DNA of 63,288 nt, filler included, from Sluysia triapertura (Eukaryota), in the NCBI GenBank assembly GCA_046118255.1. It is 5 parts of 5 records of this genome, joined end to end, with 100 filler letters (N's around TTAATTAATTAA, not from the genome) between each part and the next. Parts side by side here need not be neighbours in the genome. Positions count along the whole stretch, not along the records: positions 14,481 to 28,110 come from JBJNIA010028500.1; positions 28,211 to 39,789 come from JBJNIA010183180.1; positions 39,890 to 51,560 come from JBJNIA010181916.1; 2 more parts are not named here. One strand, written 5' to 3'. Of this stretch, positions 26,836 through 40,537 are shown piece by piece. Under the pieces are notes generated by a model, which saw only the letters and a list, made by a program, of their open reading frames with translations, ran no database searches and was not told the DNA's origin. The position numbers were made by a program, and so were the translations under genes. Every line of letters starts with the position of its first letter. Within the stretch, counting starts at the first letter, position 1.

Positions 26836-27766
26836 ATTATTAGTTCATTCAGTATAAAATTATTTTGTGGTTTTAGAAAGGTAAACAATTTGTTTATTAA
26901 GTTGTTGAGTGGATCATCAAATAGATCTTTATAATGACTCTGTTTTTTCTAAAAGTAATTAATTATTATAATTGAGTATTATGTTTAGGCACGTAAATTT
27001 CATTCTGTGAATTAATGCAATATTTATTAGCCATTTTTAATTGCTAGAAAATTATGGGGATGTTTTTCCCTTATAAATGACAAAAGGTAAAATGAGAAAG
27101 TTTTATGTATAATACACGTTAAAGAACAAGAAAGAGTATCATTCAAGAAAATATATAACTATGCGTCTTACTTCTGTTGGCGTTTTATATACTTTTTATA
27201 TTACAATGAATATAATTTTTATTATTTTAGAGTTCGCTTGTAGTCGATGATTTATATCCTAAGGAAAAGAAGTGCTGCATGATTTGAATAAATGGAAGGT
27301 CTACGTGTAAGATAATTGTTTAAACAATTGAATGTCAAAAATGAATGTAAGAAAAGTTTAATCCTTCAGATGTATGTAACTTATGTAACGATAATAATGT
27401 TATTAATTAACTTCAATCAAAATAACGAAACTAAATTCTGTATATATTTTTCAAAAGCAAATGTAATAATACAAGTCTATAAATGCGATGGTATAAATAA
27501 AACTACAATTGTATTTAATTTGATAGTAATTCACAAGTAATCAAATGAAGTGCTCAAAATATAATAAAAGAATAAGTTACTATTAAGGTTGTTTTAATAA
27601 TGTTGAAATTTAAAAAATGATTTTAAGCCTGGATTAATTGTAGGAGATTCATTTTTATATATTTTACCTGTACTTTGACTCTGTTGAATACTAGAGGAAC
27701 TTAAACATAGACAAACTTACGATTTCATGGAAATAAATTTCAGTGTCGAAGAAATTTTGTCCACGT

Positions 27767-28008
27767 TGTAATGTTCAACTCACTCATAAACCTTCAATAC
27801 ATTCAACCACAAATCTTTCATACACAGTACAACTTTACCACATCTTTCACACAGGCCAATACTTAAAATATAATACACCTTAAACACATTATCTAATTTA
27901 AATATAATACGCTTATCTAAAATATAACGTAATACATCTAAATTACAATAACTTATTGAATAATGATACTTCAACCCGCCGATATCGCTCTACCCAACTA
28001 CACCAACA
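27767..28008. repeat. LTR-like dispersed repeat, copy 1
   Basis: TGTA...CAACA; shares TAATACAYCTAAATTACAATAA and TTCAAYCCGCCGAYATCGC with 60757-61010. Confidence 0.65.
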
Positions 28009-28110
28009 TTGTGTCAATTTTTATATCTTCCTTTTTATTATTATTATTATCATACAAGTAGAGAAATGATATTTGTTTCTAAATCAGAATTGACGAATTA
28101 GATGGTGTAG

Positions 28111-28210
28111 NNNNNNNNNNNNNNNNNNNNNNNNNNNNNNNNNNNNNNNNNNNNTTAATTAATTAANNNNNNNNNNNNNNNNNNNNNNNNNNNNNNNNNN
28201 NNNNNNNNNN
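28111..28210. other. Artificial contig linker
   Basis: 44 N + TTAATTAATTAA + 44 N. Confidence 0.97.
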
Positions 28211-28306
28211 TATAATTTTAAATGATTATTTATTGATTTTAATTAATTTTAACATGTTATTATGTTGTCCTAAAGTTAATTTGTAGGTTGTGATGGCAAC
28301 CTAACA
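28211..28306 (-). repeat. Terminus of the LTR-like repeat also ending at 41330
   Basis: AGGTTGTGATGRCAACCTAACA and upstream similarity shared with 41240-41330; abuts the contig start. Confidence 0.65.
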
Positions 28307-29686
28307 AATTTAACAAAATTATTTTATTTTTAAATTTTCATTATTTTATTTTAAAATGTTATTCATTAAAATTTAATAATAATCAAATAATAAGTAATAA
28401 TAACAGTATACAAAATTATTGATTTTTAACTAAAACTTGAAATTATTCTATTATTCTACTTATAATACATTATCTATTATTCTATATATAATTATTCTAC
28501 AATTCTGTCTATAACTCATTGACATTATTATTAAGTTTAACATCAAATTTGAAGTCATTAAAATAGATTTCAGTTATTTAGTTCATTTACTTTTGATTCA
28601 AGTCTTGTGTTACTTATGTTTTTGTTATTATATTATATAATAATGTCTAAGTATGAAACAAGTGTAGAAAAACTCAATGCAAAATATTTTATTTTCACAA
28701 ATGTTTATTTCTTCAGCTACCTATAAAGATCCATTATTGTTAATTGAAGGAAAATTTAATAGATTAACTGTTTGTTTCAAATTGATTTTTTAGGTAATTG
28801 CAACAATTACTTCGTTAAGATTGTAGTTGAAAATATTAAAAGAAAACAGGTTAGAATTACAAATGCATGCAAAACACGTATTACTTTCTACTTAAATATT
28901 AAATAACTACTGTTTATGGCATTATTTATTTTATTAATATTATTCTTGAGATTTTTACTTACTGACAATCCAAGCAGTAATGCAAACAAGTATTGATACA
29001 TTAAATAAGACGTACCGCAGAGAATGTTTTGTGTTTTAAATGTAAAAAGTTAACAATAACAAAAGCATATGAATTATGAAAAAGTAACATTTAATTATTG
29101 TTATGAAAAAAAGTATCACAAATTGAATTAAGTGGCCACTTTCCATGATGTTTAATACCACTTTAATACCAATTCCCATGATGTTTATAATTGCAATCAC
29201 TCCTTGGTAGAATGGTTAGTTTATTTTACGTAGTTTTTAACATAATGCAAACACTGTGTAAAAACACATTTAGAATTTTAATTAATTGTCGTTACGTCAT
29301 GTTGATGTTACTCTGATACTACTTATTTCCACGTAAGAGAAATAGCATCTAGATGCTCTATTGAAGAAGTACCAATATATGTGACGTTCATACCTGAATA
29401 TAAGACAGATATTTGATAAAATGAAAAGTATTTATGTTCCAACAAAATCTGGTTCGGAAATTCGAGTAGTAATTAAAGATTATGTTAAAAAACAGTTCTA
29501 GAGTAAACGTGATCCAGAGAGGATCGATCCTTTTGTGAAGGTCATTCATCCGGTGAATTCACAATATTTGCGTATTCTAATCCTGATGCGTTGTTTGATG
29601 TTTTTGATTGTTGTGATAATACTGATTTAATTAATTTTGCTACCTTTTTTCTTATAAACTAAATGAACGTACAAATAATTATAACT

Positions 29687-29735
29687 GGGTCCACTTACGT
29701 TCCATGATTTAAGCTCAGAGCGACGTGTATGTAAG
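29687..29735. other. GGGTYCR-hairpin motif, copy A
   Basis: GGGTCCA leader, outer stem CTTAC/GTAAG, inner stem CATG/CGTG. Confidence 0.6.
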
Positions 29736-31244
29736 ATTTCCTGCAAGTATAAGACGATTTTCTTCTTATGTTACTCGATTAATATCAATTCTTCTTATCT
29801 TCACTTCCAGATTCAAATAACATTTTATAAAAACTCGTCGATTATCCTATAAATTCCTAATAACGGTAAGTGGTTTAGTAGATTACTACCCTTCTGAACT
29901 GTTTACATTATAAATCCTAGTGGATTCAAGCAATTTTCCTTACTCGATATCTTAATTATTTTTTAATTATGGTTGAATTTGACTCGGTATAGTTATATCA
30001 AGGTTTCTCTTTTTATTGTTCCACTAAAAACTTGCGAATAATAAGATTCACTAAAACAACTCCATAAGTTTATTATAAAATTAAGACTAAACAAATAGAG
30101 TCACTTTTAAGTGCACCGACTAAAACAGTTATGCAAATAATTATAATAATAATTATACAAATTACATAAGTATATTATCACTAAAATCTCCTTTAGCTCT
30201 AATACAAAAAATTTACAAAATCTATTATTTATGGTTTAACCTAGAATATATTTTGTCAATTTTTAAGTATCAAATTATCTTTCTATTAATATAAAAAACA
30301 ATTAATTGACTCACTCTAATATGGTTCATTAATTCTTCAAATAACTTGTTGCCGGCTTAGGATAACAATATTATTCTTTAAGCGTAAATTTTTACGTATG
30401 AATTCCAAAGCCTTTCCTTTTTATATGACTTGTTTGAACATCTGACAATTTTCAATCAAATAAATATTTACTCTTGTACATCACTGCTAAATATAAATTG
30501 TATTAAAATATTATTGGATAAGAGAATAATATTTTTTAGATGAAAATAATATTATTCGTGAATTATGACAGCAGATTAGATAAGTGTTTTTATTATTAAA
30601 TTATTATTTTTATTATTATTGTCATTATTTTTAGATTCTGCTTTTATCATAATTCTACTGCCATAACAAATCATTTGTTATGTGCTTTTTAATATTACTT
30701 TACATTGTTATAATGTATTGACTAAAATAATAATGAATTATTGTATATACTGCCTTAAGTCGACATTAAAACCTTTGCAAACTAAAAAAATATTTAATGA
30801 AATTACGAAACTAATTAAATTTAATATTCAAATTAGAAATAAAGTAAAGTCTGTAAACAAAGTTGTTAAATTAATTAAATTAAATCACAATTTCAAGGAT
30901 AAAGTAAAACCACTAATAAAAGAACTAAAGAATTTATTAATAATAGAACTTTATATCTATTGTTAATTGCAAGTAGAATTAAACATACACAAACTTAATG
31001 CTAATGGACAATGTGATATCGAATGTATAATTAATGAAACTACAGAACGAGATAAAATACAATTTACATATTGTCTAACTTTTTGAACTCGGTCTTACCT
31101 CGCTTTTAATACACGCCTGTTCCTTAAACATTCGATATAAAATAAACACGCACACAAACGAATATAAGTTTGCACTATAACCAAATGAAAGTATTTGTGA
31201 CGGAATCACCATAAACATTAAACAATTCCACGATCCATAATTAA

Positions 31245-31559
31245 CCCTTTAAATGCCGGTGAGCGCATTCTCTATCAAAGTGTAATATAGTTGGAAAGTT
31301 CTAAGGTAATCTACCATCTACTAACAAAAGTAATAATAACTTTAGACTTTAATATTTTCAGTTATTTTATTTGATTCAAATATTTTTCTCACAAAATGGT
31401 GGTATATTATTGAAATAACTTTGTGCACCCACTTTAAAAGCAGAAATGTTTATGCAAAACATTGGTCTTATTTAATCCTCGAAAACAAAATGTAACATGA
31501 CCTGCTTAAGCCTGAGAAACTTGCAGAAATACCAATTAGTCCCAGAGGCGGCGAAAGGG
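31245..31559. mobile_element. piggyBac-type MITE
   Basis: TTAA-CCCTTT...AAAGGG-TTAA; no ORF. Confidence 0.8.
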
Positions 31560-32349
31560 TTAAATGTATAATAAAATAAAAAATAACGTCCAAATAACTA
31601 CATTAATTAAGAGTAATAAGAGTTATTTTAAATTAATTTTGATCGAAAATAATGTTTCCAATTTTTAATTACATACTAGTTCTATTCAATCTCAATTTAA
31701 TATAATTTTAACTTATTATATTATTCTAAATCATGTTTTTAAGTTATATAATACAACGAAATTAAGAGTTAGTGTAAATTTATTCTCAAAACATTTCAAA
31801 ATATACAACTTTGTAATAATAATATGTACTTTACTAAATTAACTACACCAGTTAAAGACAAAGATCAGGAAATTAGTTAAAAAATGATTTTAAGTCAGAT
31901 TTTACTTATGATACGCTAAGGTATCGTCCTTAAAAATAATTAAACTAACGTAGCCTTTGAAACAGATGTTAAAAGTGGAGGATATCGTAACGAAAATGGG
32001 AGCTGGAAGGAGATCCTTGAATAATCTTCAAAAGTTTTATAAAATGTTTACAAAATTTGTATAAAAATTGTTTATAAAAATTGTTCATAAAATTGTGTTT
32101 AATTGCAAAAACGTATGTGTTTATATAGTTTCAATCCGATTTTGATTGGGTTGAAACAAAAATTAAACTATTAAAAGATTAAAACAAATAATTTTTTTGA
32201 AAGCTAATAATTTCGTTAAATAATTAAAAATAATTACTTACAAGAATAAAATTTCCAGTAAAATAAAATTATTAAATGTCCAAATAGATTTATAGTAAAT
32301 CAATCCGGTGAAATAAAATTTTTAAATGTTCAAATAGTAAAATTATAAT

Positions 32350-32511
32350 AAATCAAAGTCAAATCAGTAAATAGTCATTAATAAATGGTCCATACACATT
32401 AAATAAACAGTCAATAATTGTTATGATTGTAAATCAAAGTCAAATCAATAAATAGTCATTAATAAATTGTCCGTAGACATTAAATAAACAGTCAGTAATT
32501 GTTATGATTGT
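32350..32511 (+). repeat. Tandem duplication, 2 x 81 bp
   Basis: AAATCAAAGTCAAATCA...TAATTGTTATGATTGT twice with few mismatches. Confidence 0.92.
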
Positions 32512-33807
32512 TACATAATATTCTATATTTCTCTACTAATGTTATCACTTTATAATAAACTTAACTGGAGGTAGGAATTAATATACTCAACCTTGTTCAG
32601 AATAGAAGTGCTTAATAATCGACTAATTATTAAGAATGAAATATTCACTTGCAAAATGTGAGTTTGAAAAGATATTTTAACCCAGGATTAATTCTTGGGT
32701 GTGAAAATTCTAAAGTTATTTTGAGTAAATTTTGAATCTAATATAATAGATGTAAAAACTTATTCAGAAAAAAATTACGTAAACATATGAAAAGTCAGCA
32801 ATTCGATAATGAAAATATTTGTAGACGAAGAAAGGAACCAGAAAATAATGTATAATCGAACAGAATTGTTGAATAATTTATAATTAAATAATAATACAAT
32901 CGAATTATTGAAAAGAATGAGCTACAAATTAATGTATAATTGATCAGAATTATACACCGTCGATGTATAAAATTGAATAATATACAGTCGAATTATTGAA
33001 TCGTATTCCAATTTTTTCCGAAAGAGCAAGGTAAAAATTGAATTGTAGTAGCACTGATAGAGTAGCGAAAGATGCTTAGAATTTATAAATTTCCATTGTG
33101 TCTTTTTAAAACGAATATTTGACTTTTTATATGATTACGTTAAGATAATTTTATCACTAATAAAATATAAACAAATTGTCAAAATAATAAATAAAAATAT
33201 TGGAATTTTTTATGATCAAATTTCATGATAAAATAAATTGTTATGACATTAATGATATTTCCTTTAAAATGATTAAATAACTTTGTTTATGTCATAAGAA
33301 AAATGATTTGTGAAATTTGTTTATATGATAAAAATAAAAATGATTCATTTTTAAACTAATTATTTTATTATTTAAGTGAAAAATTATTTTTTTAAAAATA
33401 TTTACAGTTTATCTTTTTTACAATAAATGTTGTTTATGAAACTAAATAATCCTTTTACATTAAATAAATGATTTGTTTATTCTAAAAATTTATCCTTTGA
33501 CATTTATTTATGAAAATTTTCCTTTTAAAATAATTTGATTATAAATTGTTATTAATATTTGATTTTTTACTAATTAATATTAAATTGTGGCTAATTAAAA
33601 TTTATATTTATTTCTTTTTAGTAATTTAAACATACAAATTGTCTTTAATATTTTAAAAGTTTTATTATAATTTACACAGAATTTATTACATTTTACAAAT
33701 TTTCACAAATCATTTAATCGAGAACAAAAAAAACTGTTGCTAAAATAGTTATATAAATTGAGTATTGCTAGTGACTTTTATTATTACTAACTATGCAAAT
33801 GTTGCTA

Positions 33808-33857
33808 GGGTTCATCTACGATGTACGATTTAAGCCCAACGCGACGTATCCGTAGAT
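33808..33857. other. GGGTYCR-hairpin motif, copy B
   Basis: GGGTTCA leader, outer stem TCTACG/CGTAGA, inner stem GTACG/CGTAT. Confidence 0.6.
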
Positions 33858-35198
33858 TTTTATAGAATTAAGTTATCACTGCGAGGGTCCATAAAGACTT
33901 CAATTTTATTACTTCGCTTGGCTAAAGCAAAATCTTATTATTCTTATAACCAAATAAAATCTTTGACAATCCTTTCTTTATTTAACCGGTACTTTTGACG
34001 TGATGCACAGATCGTTTATTTTAATCCTTAATTACAATCGCTATAAGATGAATTTATGTAACTATTATGACTTTATAAGTCATTTGTTAAACTGATGACT
34101 TATAGGACAAATAATTTAACTTAATTATTCTTCATATTCTTATTGTACTGTTGTAATGATCTGGATAAGGTAGATTTATTAGGAAATTTAAAATTCTAAT
34201 TCAAAATGAACTTATGGTCCTTTAGAATGTTTAATTGTAAACTGGTAATGTTATCAAAACTATTAATAAACATCTAAATTTTATTAAAAACATATAATTA
34301 CACAACTTCAAAAATTTATCGAAAAATTAAGAGGATGTGAACAAACTACATATATTGATTTTAAAAGCAACACTTTGTCTTTAAGATATAAAACAACCTA
34401 AAATCACAAATGTCGCTCCATCAACAAATCAATCAATTAATGTCATAAATGATTTTTTTATATATACAATTAGCGATGTTTTATTATTAATTTAAATTTT
34501 AAAAATTATTATCTACTTACTATCATAAGTAGCAAATTATGTTTTCAAAAACTAAAGCAAAAATTTTGCATTACCATGATAACATGCAAATAATAGTGCT
34601 TTTTGGAATTTCTTTGCATGTTATTATAAGCATGCATAATAATAATAATAATAATATTAGGTCTTATATATGAAATAATAATAATTATTATTACTTTTTT
34701 ATTTACTTAATTATTATGTTTTTAGACCATTTATAATTGAAATATTATTACCACATTATTATTATTATTATTATTATTTTCTAATGGTACAAATAAATTA
34801 TTTTAAAATAAAATAAATTGCACTATTTTTGGAAGTGCTGTTGATTTCCTTGGTTGATTAGGTGAAGTTATAACATTTATTTTTTAATAAAATAACATTT
34901 TATTTAACATTTATTTTATTTTATAAATAAGGCAAATGCTAACGACTTTAGAAAATCCCGCTTAAATTTTTATTTGACAACATGATCCTTGATCATAAAA
35001 GATTATTTTTCCATATTAATCATTTTTATTTTTTTTACAATAATAAGTAGTATATAAAAAATATTTATTAATTATCTATTTCATTGAGAATTGTGATAAT
35101 CGTAAATACGCTAAACTTTTTATGTTTATCCAATAATTCATTTTTAATCATTTCTTTTAAAAAAGAATCTAAATTAACATTAGTGCATTTAAAAATGA

Positions 35199-35519
35199 TT
35201 ACTGAAAGGAAAGATATTGGTGGGATATGGACTCGATAATGATCTGATGGTTCTAGAAATAAATACAAATAACTTATACGGGTTAACTGATTTGGCAGCT
35301 AATAAACAATTATTAACAAGATTTAAACATCCAGGCCCAAAGATTGCATTGAGAAGAGTAGTGAAGGGATTGTTTAATCAAAATATACATGAAAAAGAAC
35401 ATGATAGTGTTCAGGATGTGCAATATATTCACAAAATTTTTCTTGAATTAAAGAAAAAATATGGTATTATTTATACTCTTCTTAATAAAGAAAGGAAATG
35501 CCAAAGAAGTAAGATTTAA
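35199..35519 (+). pseudogene. DEDDh RNA exonuclease (REX4/ISG20-like), C-terminal half only
   Basis: LKGKILVGYGLDNDLMVL (ExoII), KIALRRVVKGLFNQNI and HDSVQD (ExoIII). In-frame TGA at 35196; no ExoI motif seen. Confidence 0.75.
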
Positions 35520-38500
35520 TAATAAATGTCTTTAAAATAATTATTATCTAAGTAATTTGCGTTTAGATTATTGTTTGATTGATATAAGAAGAATTAATGG
35601 TATGAAATAAATGAATTTAAAATATATTTCCTTAGGTTGGATAATTTATAACATTTTTGTGTTTGGTCTAAGTTAAAAATAGAAAATAAACTTATATATT
35701 ATAATAGTAATTTCAAAAATTAATTTTAACTTTATGTTAAATGCTTTATGAATTATGAACAGAGAAGATCTGCGCTAAAAGTAGCAAAGGACTTTTCTCT
35801 TTGTCGCTAATCATAGTCAAAAATGAATCAGAATGCTTATCAAAGAAATTAGAAAATGAAACCTAAACTAAGTGTACTGCATACTTTGAACTTCAATGTA
35901 TGCCGACCAGATGACAACATGCTACATAAATGACGATAAAATATCATGTCATCTAGTGGCTTAGTTTTTAGCCTACTCAAACTGGATCATAGGGATTCAT
36001 GGAACTATGCCGAATGCCCTACGATCTTACGTCTTGACCGGCGCAGTGAGGTCCAATAGCAAATACAATTCTGAGTATGTTTTTCCTAAAAGATAAAGAT
36101 ACCTTTTGAATAAATTGACTGGTTAAGAACGAATAAATTATGACCTGGTTGTCGAAGTAGAGTTATGCTTTAAACAATTTCAATAATGAATATTAGAGTT
36201 ATAACAAAAGACTTTTTCCACAAAAATGTTTTATTTCATCTTACCTTAATTTTGAAAACTTATCACACTTAATATGTTTAAAAGACGAAGAGGTTATAAT
36301 GAATATTATGATTAAAAAAGAAGTTTAAAAAATATCTTAAACCTTATTAATAATAATTGTGAAAAGAAAAATTAAATAGTGACTAACCTTTAAAGCTGAA
36401 TAAAAATAATAACCCTTACACTAATTATTGATGTATGTAACTTTAATATCTGCTGTAAAATAAAAAAACTCAAAGATGTTTGAAATGTCTCCAGTGTTTC
36501 TGATAAGGACGGGATTTGGTTTTGTATCCTTGTTGGATAATATGCTTTGTTGATTGCTTTTGGTGATAATAGCATGGGAATCAGTTCTATTATTTGTTTG
36601 TTGTTCTTTTTTTGTAACTTCATTTTTGTTTGTTTTGTTTTTGTTCACCGGTAAAAATTGAAATATTTAGCATTTTTATAATTGATATTCTCCATTTATA
36701 ATTCTATCATTATGACAAATTGCTTATATAGCAGTATACTATTGTGATTTATTATTATTGTTTAGTCGTGGACAATTATGGGTAAAGATTAATCACGGTA
36801 AATATTATATTACTATTCTGGGATTAGTAACGTCATTATAAATATTAGCAGATAATTATAGTCATTATTACTATCACAATTATAACAGTTATCTTATTTT
36901 AATGATAAAGTAGCTAAATTTGAATAAATGGCCCATTATTTTATCTTTTAAAATTATTTTAAAAAATGTTCCTTTTATTATATATTTATTAGTTTAAATT
37001 TATATATTTTAATTGATTTATATTTTCTACTAATGGCAAAATACGACAAACAATCCGAAATTTAACGTTTTTGACGACTTATGGATAGAAGAAAAACAGC
37101 TGGTGAGGAAGTGGAGTCAAAAAAATTTTTTTTTGAATTGGTATTGAAGATTCGAATTGAAGATATAGTATAACTATTACGTCTTTTGGGATAGTGTTTG
37201 ATTGAACGTAATAATAATGATTGTCATATTTTTATACGATGCTAGATTAATTTTGATATTATTCCTTATACCAATTAAATCTATTTCTTCTGTTACTTAC
37301 AATGTTTAACATATTAGTTTTATAATTGGTAGGTTTTATTATAAATACTAAATTTAATAATTAATTGATAGTTTAAATATTGAAATAGGAAATGGCAGCC
37401 ACTTTAGGAAAGTAAACCATTTTTAGAAAAAATATCCTTATGTGCGTTCCACAGACCAAAATAATCATTATTATTATTAATAGCATCGTAATTATATTAT
37501 TGTTTTTATCATGCTATTACCATAATTATTATTACTATTAATAATATTTAAAAATTATTATATATTAAGATTATAATTATCATTACTATTAAAATCATTA
37601 TATTTCAATATTAATATTATTATTATCATTATAATTATTATTAGTATTAAAAAATTATTATAATTATCATTATTATTATCATCGAATTATTATTATATTA
37701 TCATTATCATTATATTATTATTAATATTATGATCATTAGTATTAGTATTCATAAAGTATTATTAGTGATCTAGGAATTTTATGAAAACATACAAATTGTA
37801 CAACACAAATAATAATTATAATGATATAATGAAAGTAAAATGTAAATACGTAATAATTTTAAATATTACAATAAATTTAAACAATGAAAAATAACTAAAC
37901 TTTATTTTATAATTTATATTATATTCTACTTATTCAGCATCAATTACCACATGATATTTTCTTGATTTGTGATTTAAAATGCATGACAATACAACTATCA
38001 AGGTATTCCATACATATTTTCATAAATATAATTTATTTCCAATTTTGTAACATTTATAAATTTATTCACGGATATACTAAATTGATAATTAATTTCTGTA
38101 CACAAAATATTCAATATCCAAAAAAATAGGTTTATGTTATAATGATAAATTAATTAACCTAAGTAATTATTATTACTAACACAATTAATTAATTAATTGT
38201 AATTAATGAAAATTTTAAGGTGACTATTAAAATATATTATTTACATTGAATAATAAAATATCAGATTAAATTTTCATTTGGTTTTTATTAAGTTAAATAA
38301 TACTAGCAAAAATTGACTATCAATGTCAATTATCAATAGTAATTTGCTGCTATTATTATCATTATAATATTATGATTAATATTATTATTATGATTAAATT
38401 ATAATAATAATGATTTATATAATAAAAATATATAAAATAATGAAATAAAGATATAAAATATGAAAATAAAATATAGAATTTTAATATTCGAAACTTTTGG

Positions 38501-38549
38501 AAGATTATTATAAAAATATGAATTAATTTAAGTATAAACAAAATTTCAA

Positions 38550-39280
38550 TTTCTTAACTTTGTAGTTGTTTTCTGGGTTTGACTCTTTGTATGTTAGTTG
38601 TTAAATTTCTTTGGTAGTGTTGGTTTTCACAGTTTGGGATTGTGGTAGCTTTTGATGAAATGTATTTGTGAGGTTTGGAACATACTGTTGAGATTACATA
38701 CTGTAAAGTGTGATACTTTGTTACATTTTGTCTGATACTTAGATGCAGAATAATAAATAAGTCAATATTGTTATAACGCATGAGTTTAATTATTATTTGT
38801 AGTATGTGTTTTGCTTAATGATGATGACGTTAGTATTTATTTAGGCTGTGCTTTCTCTTTAACTACAATTTGTGATGAAATGTGTGAATTTGTATTGATG
38901 AATGATTCGTTGCTCTGATCTTATGTCTTGGTTATGCTTCATTTTGTGTTATAATAGGTATATTTGGAGCATGTTCATATTTTATTTGTGATTACTGTCT
39001 TAGATTTATTCTGATATATGCGAATGTTTATTCCTTGCGCATAAGATGTACCTAAATTTCCAATTAGATTAGTAGTGAGCCTTTGTGTATGAAGGGTGTA
39101 ATGGTTTTTAAAACATGTTCTTGAGGAGTCTTGAACTCAGTCACTATAATATGATTTAATTTCGTTACTTCATAACTTTTGGTTATTTTTATGGAGTAAA
39201 AATCAGTAAATAGTATTTTGAGCAGTATGATGTTGAGTGATGATATCATCTGCATTTTTATTGTATTGTGGACTCTTATT
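38550..39280 (-). mobile_element. Decayed LINE ORF2 3' region
   Basis: Minus strand has (N)ADDII near 39240-39255, an NLG motif near 39055 and a Cys/His-containing distal segment. Many stops. Confidence 0.45.
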
Positions 39281-39330
39281 CAAAATAATTATAATGTCTG
39301 AGGTCAGACATTTTCTTCGGGAATGAGATA

Positions 39331-39500
39331 TGTTGGGATAGTCCAACTATGGATTAGAATATGAGTAAAAGACATATAGAACTAAAAAACTGATATAAAG
39401 TAATGAATTGAACATGACAAACACTGTTGGAATAAGAATCATGAAAAATAAAACATATATAATAGTGTTAACAGCTAAAGAATACCTTGACATTCCAAAG
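39331..39500 (+). repeat. LTR start homologous to 19621-19790
   Basis: TGTTGGGAT start after a purine-rich tract; shares TTGGAATAAGAATCAT and TAAAGAATACCTTG..TTCCAAAG. Confidence 0.7.
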
Positions 39501-39716
39501 ACCTATATAAGGTTTTGAGACCTTATAGAAGCTTGAAGAGGACTTAAAAACCTTTGAAGGTATTAGAACACCTTTGAATTTTGAGATCATCTAAAACTCT
39601 ATTAACCTTTAAGTATTCTGGATACCTTAATGAGCATCTAGGATCTTCGAATAATATTATAAAGTGTATTGTTCGGTTTTTACTTCTAACGAGAACAATT
39701 ATGAATACTCTTAAAT

Positions 39717-39768
39717 GGGTTCGCCTACGATAAACGTTTTATCTTATATGAAAGGACGTTTTCGTAGG
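39717..39768. other. GGGTYCR-hairpin motif, copy C
   Basis: GGGTTCG leader, outer stem CCTACGA/TCGTAGG, inner stem AAACGT/ACGTTT. Confidence 0.6.
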
Positions 39769-39789
39769 ATTTTAACGCAACTTAAAAAA

Positions 39790-39889
39790 NNNNNNNNNNN
39801 NNNNNNNNNNNNNNNNNNNNNNNNNNNNNNNNNTTAATTAATTAANNNNNNNNNNNNNNNNNNNNNNNNNNNNNNNNNNNNNNNNNNNN
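39790..39889. other. Artificial contig linker
   Basis: 44 N + TTAATTAATTAA + 44 N. Confidence 0.97.
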
Positions 39890-40486
39890 CTATCCATAAA
39901 TTTAGATAATGTTAATTGACCATTTTCATCATTATTCAACGAATGAAAACAGAGCTTTTAATTGTTATTTTAGTAATTCTTAAATTCTAAAAAAATAATT
40001 ATGAAAAAGTTTAAATTATTTAAGTTGCTATAATTTTATATGAATAATAATTATTTAATACCTATTCATTAATTTACAAGTAATATAAAATTTTATAATA
40101 TTACCAATGAATAATATCAGTTTTATTAATATTATTAAATATTTAATATTATTTTTAATATTTAAAGAAATTGTTTTAAAAGGTAAATAAAAAGAAAATA
40201 ACAAAACGTAAAATACAATAAAATATAATTTTGTTGTAAAATTTTTAAATTTTATTTTAACATCAATTTTAGTTATATCTTACAATATCTGAAGCTTAAA
40301 AATATCTTGAATTACAAATACGAATATAAATATCTGCAGTGCCATACGGCTCATAATATTGAAATAAATAAGAATTTTCTGTTTTTGATCAACTGATAAA
40401 TGTAAATTCTTTTTAACATTTTGCACTGTTATAATTTATTGATGTTGTTTTTCTAACACTTAACCTACGCAAAATATTTTTCAGTA

Positions 40487-40537
40487 GGGTCCGGTTACAG
40501 TAAGCGCCTTACGTAGTAGAGATGGCACTTCTGTAAC
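40487..40537. other. GGGTYCR-hairpin motif, copy D
   Basis: GGGTCCG leader, outer stem GTTACAG/CTGTAAC, inner stem AAGCGCC/GGCACTT (one mismatch). Confidence 0.55.

Noticed and set aside
32350-33010. CRISPR-like array
   Set aside because: Simple tandem duplications without unique spacers; eukaryotic context and no cas genes.
29687-33857. Pistol ribozyme, from TTAAG-N6-GCG in hairpin copies A and B
   Set aside because: No P1 stem forms around the putative pseudoknot loop, and copies C and D lack the motif.
37460-37770. Coding or structured element in the ATT/ATC-rich tract
   Set aside because: Degenerate trinucleotide microsatellite; similar tracts generate the spurious ORFs at 43149-43447 and 60973-61230.
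39717-39790. Hammerhead ribozyme on the minus strand (stem followed by CGAA)
   Set aside because: No CTGANGA core precedes the stem.
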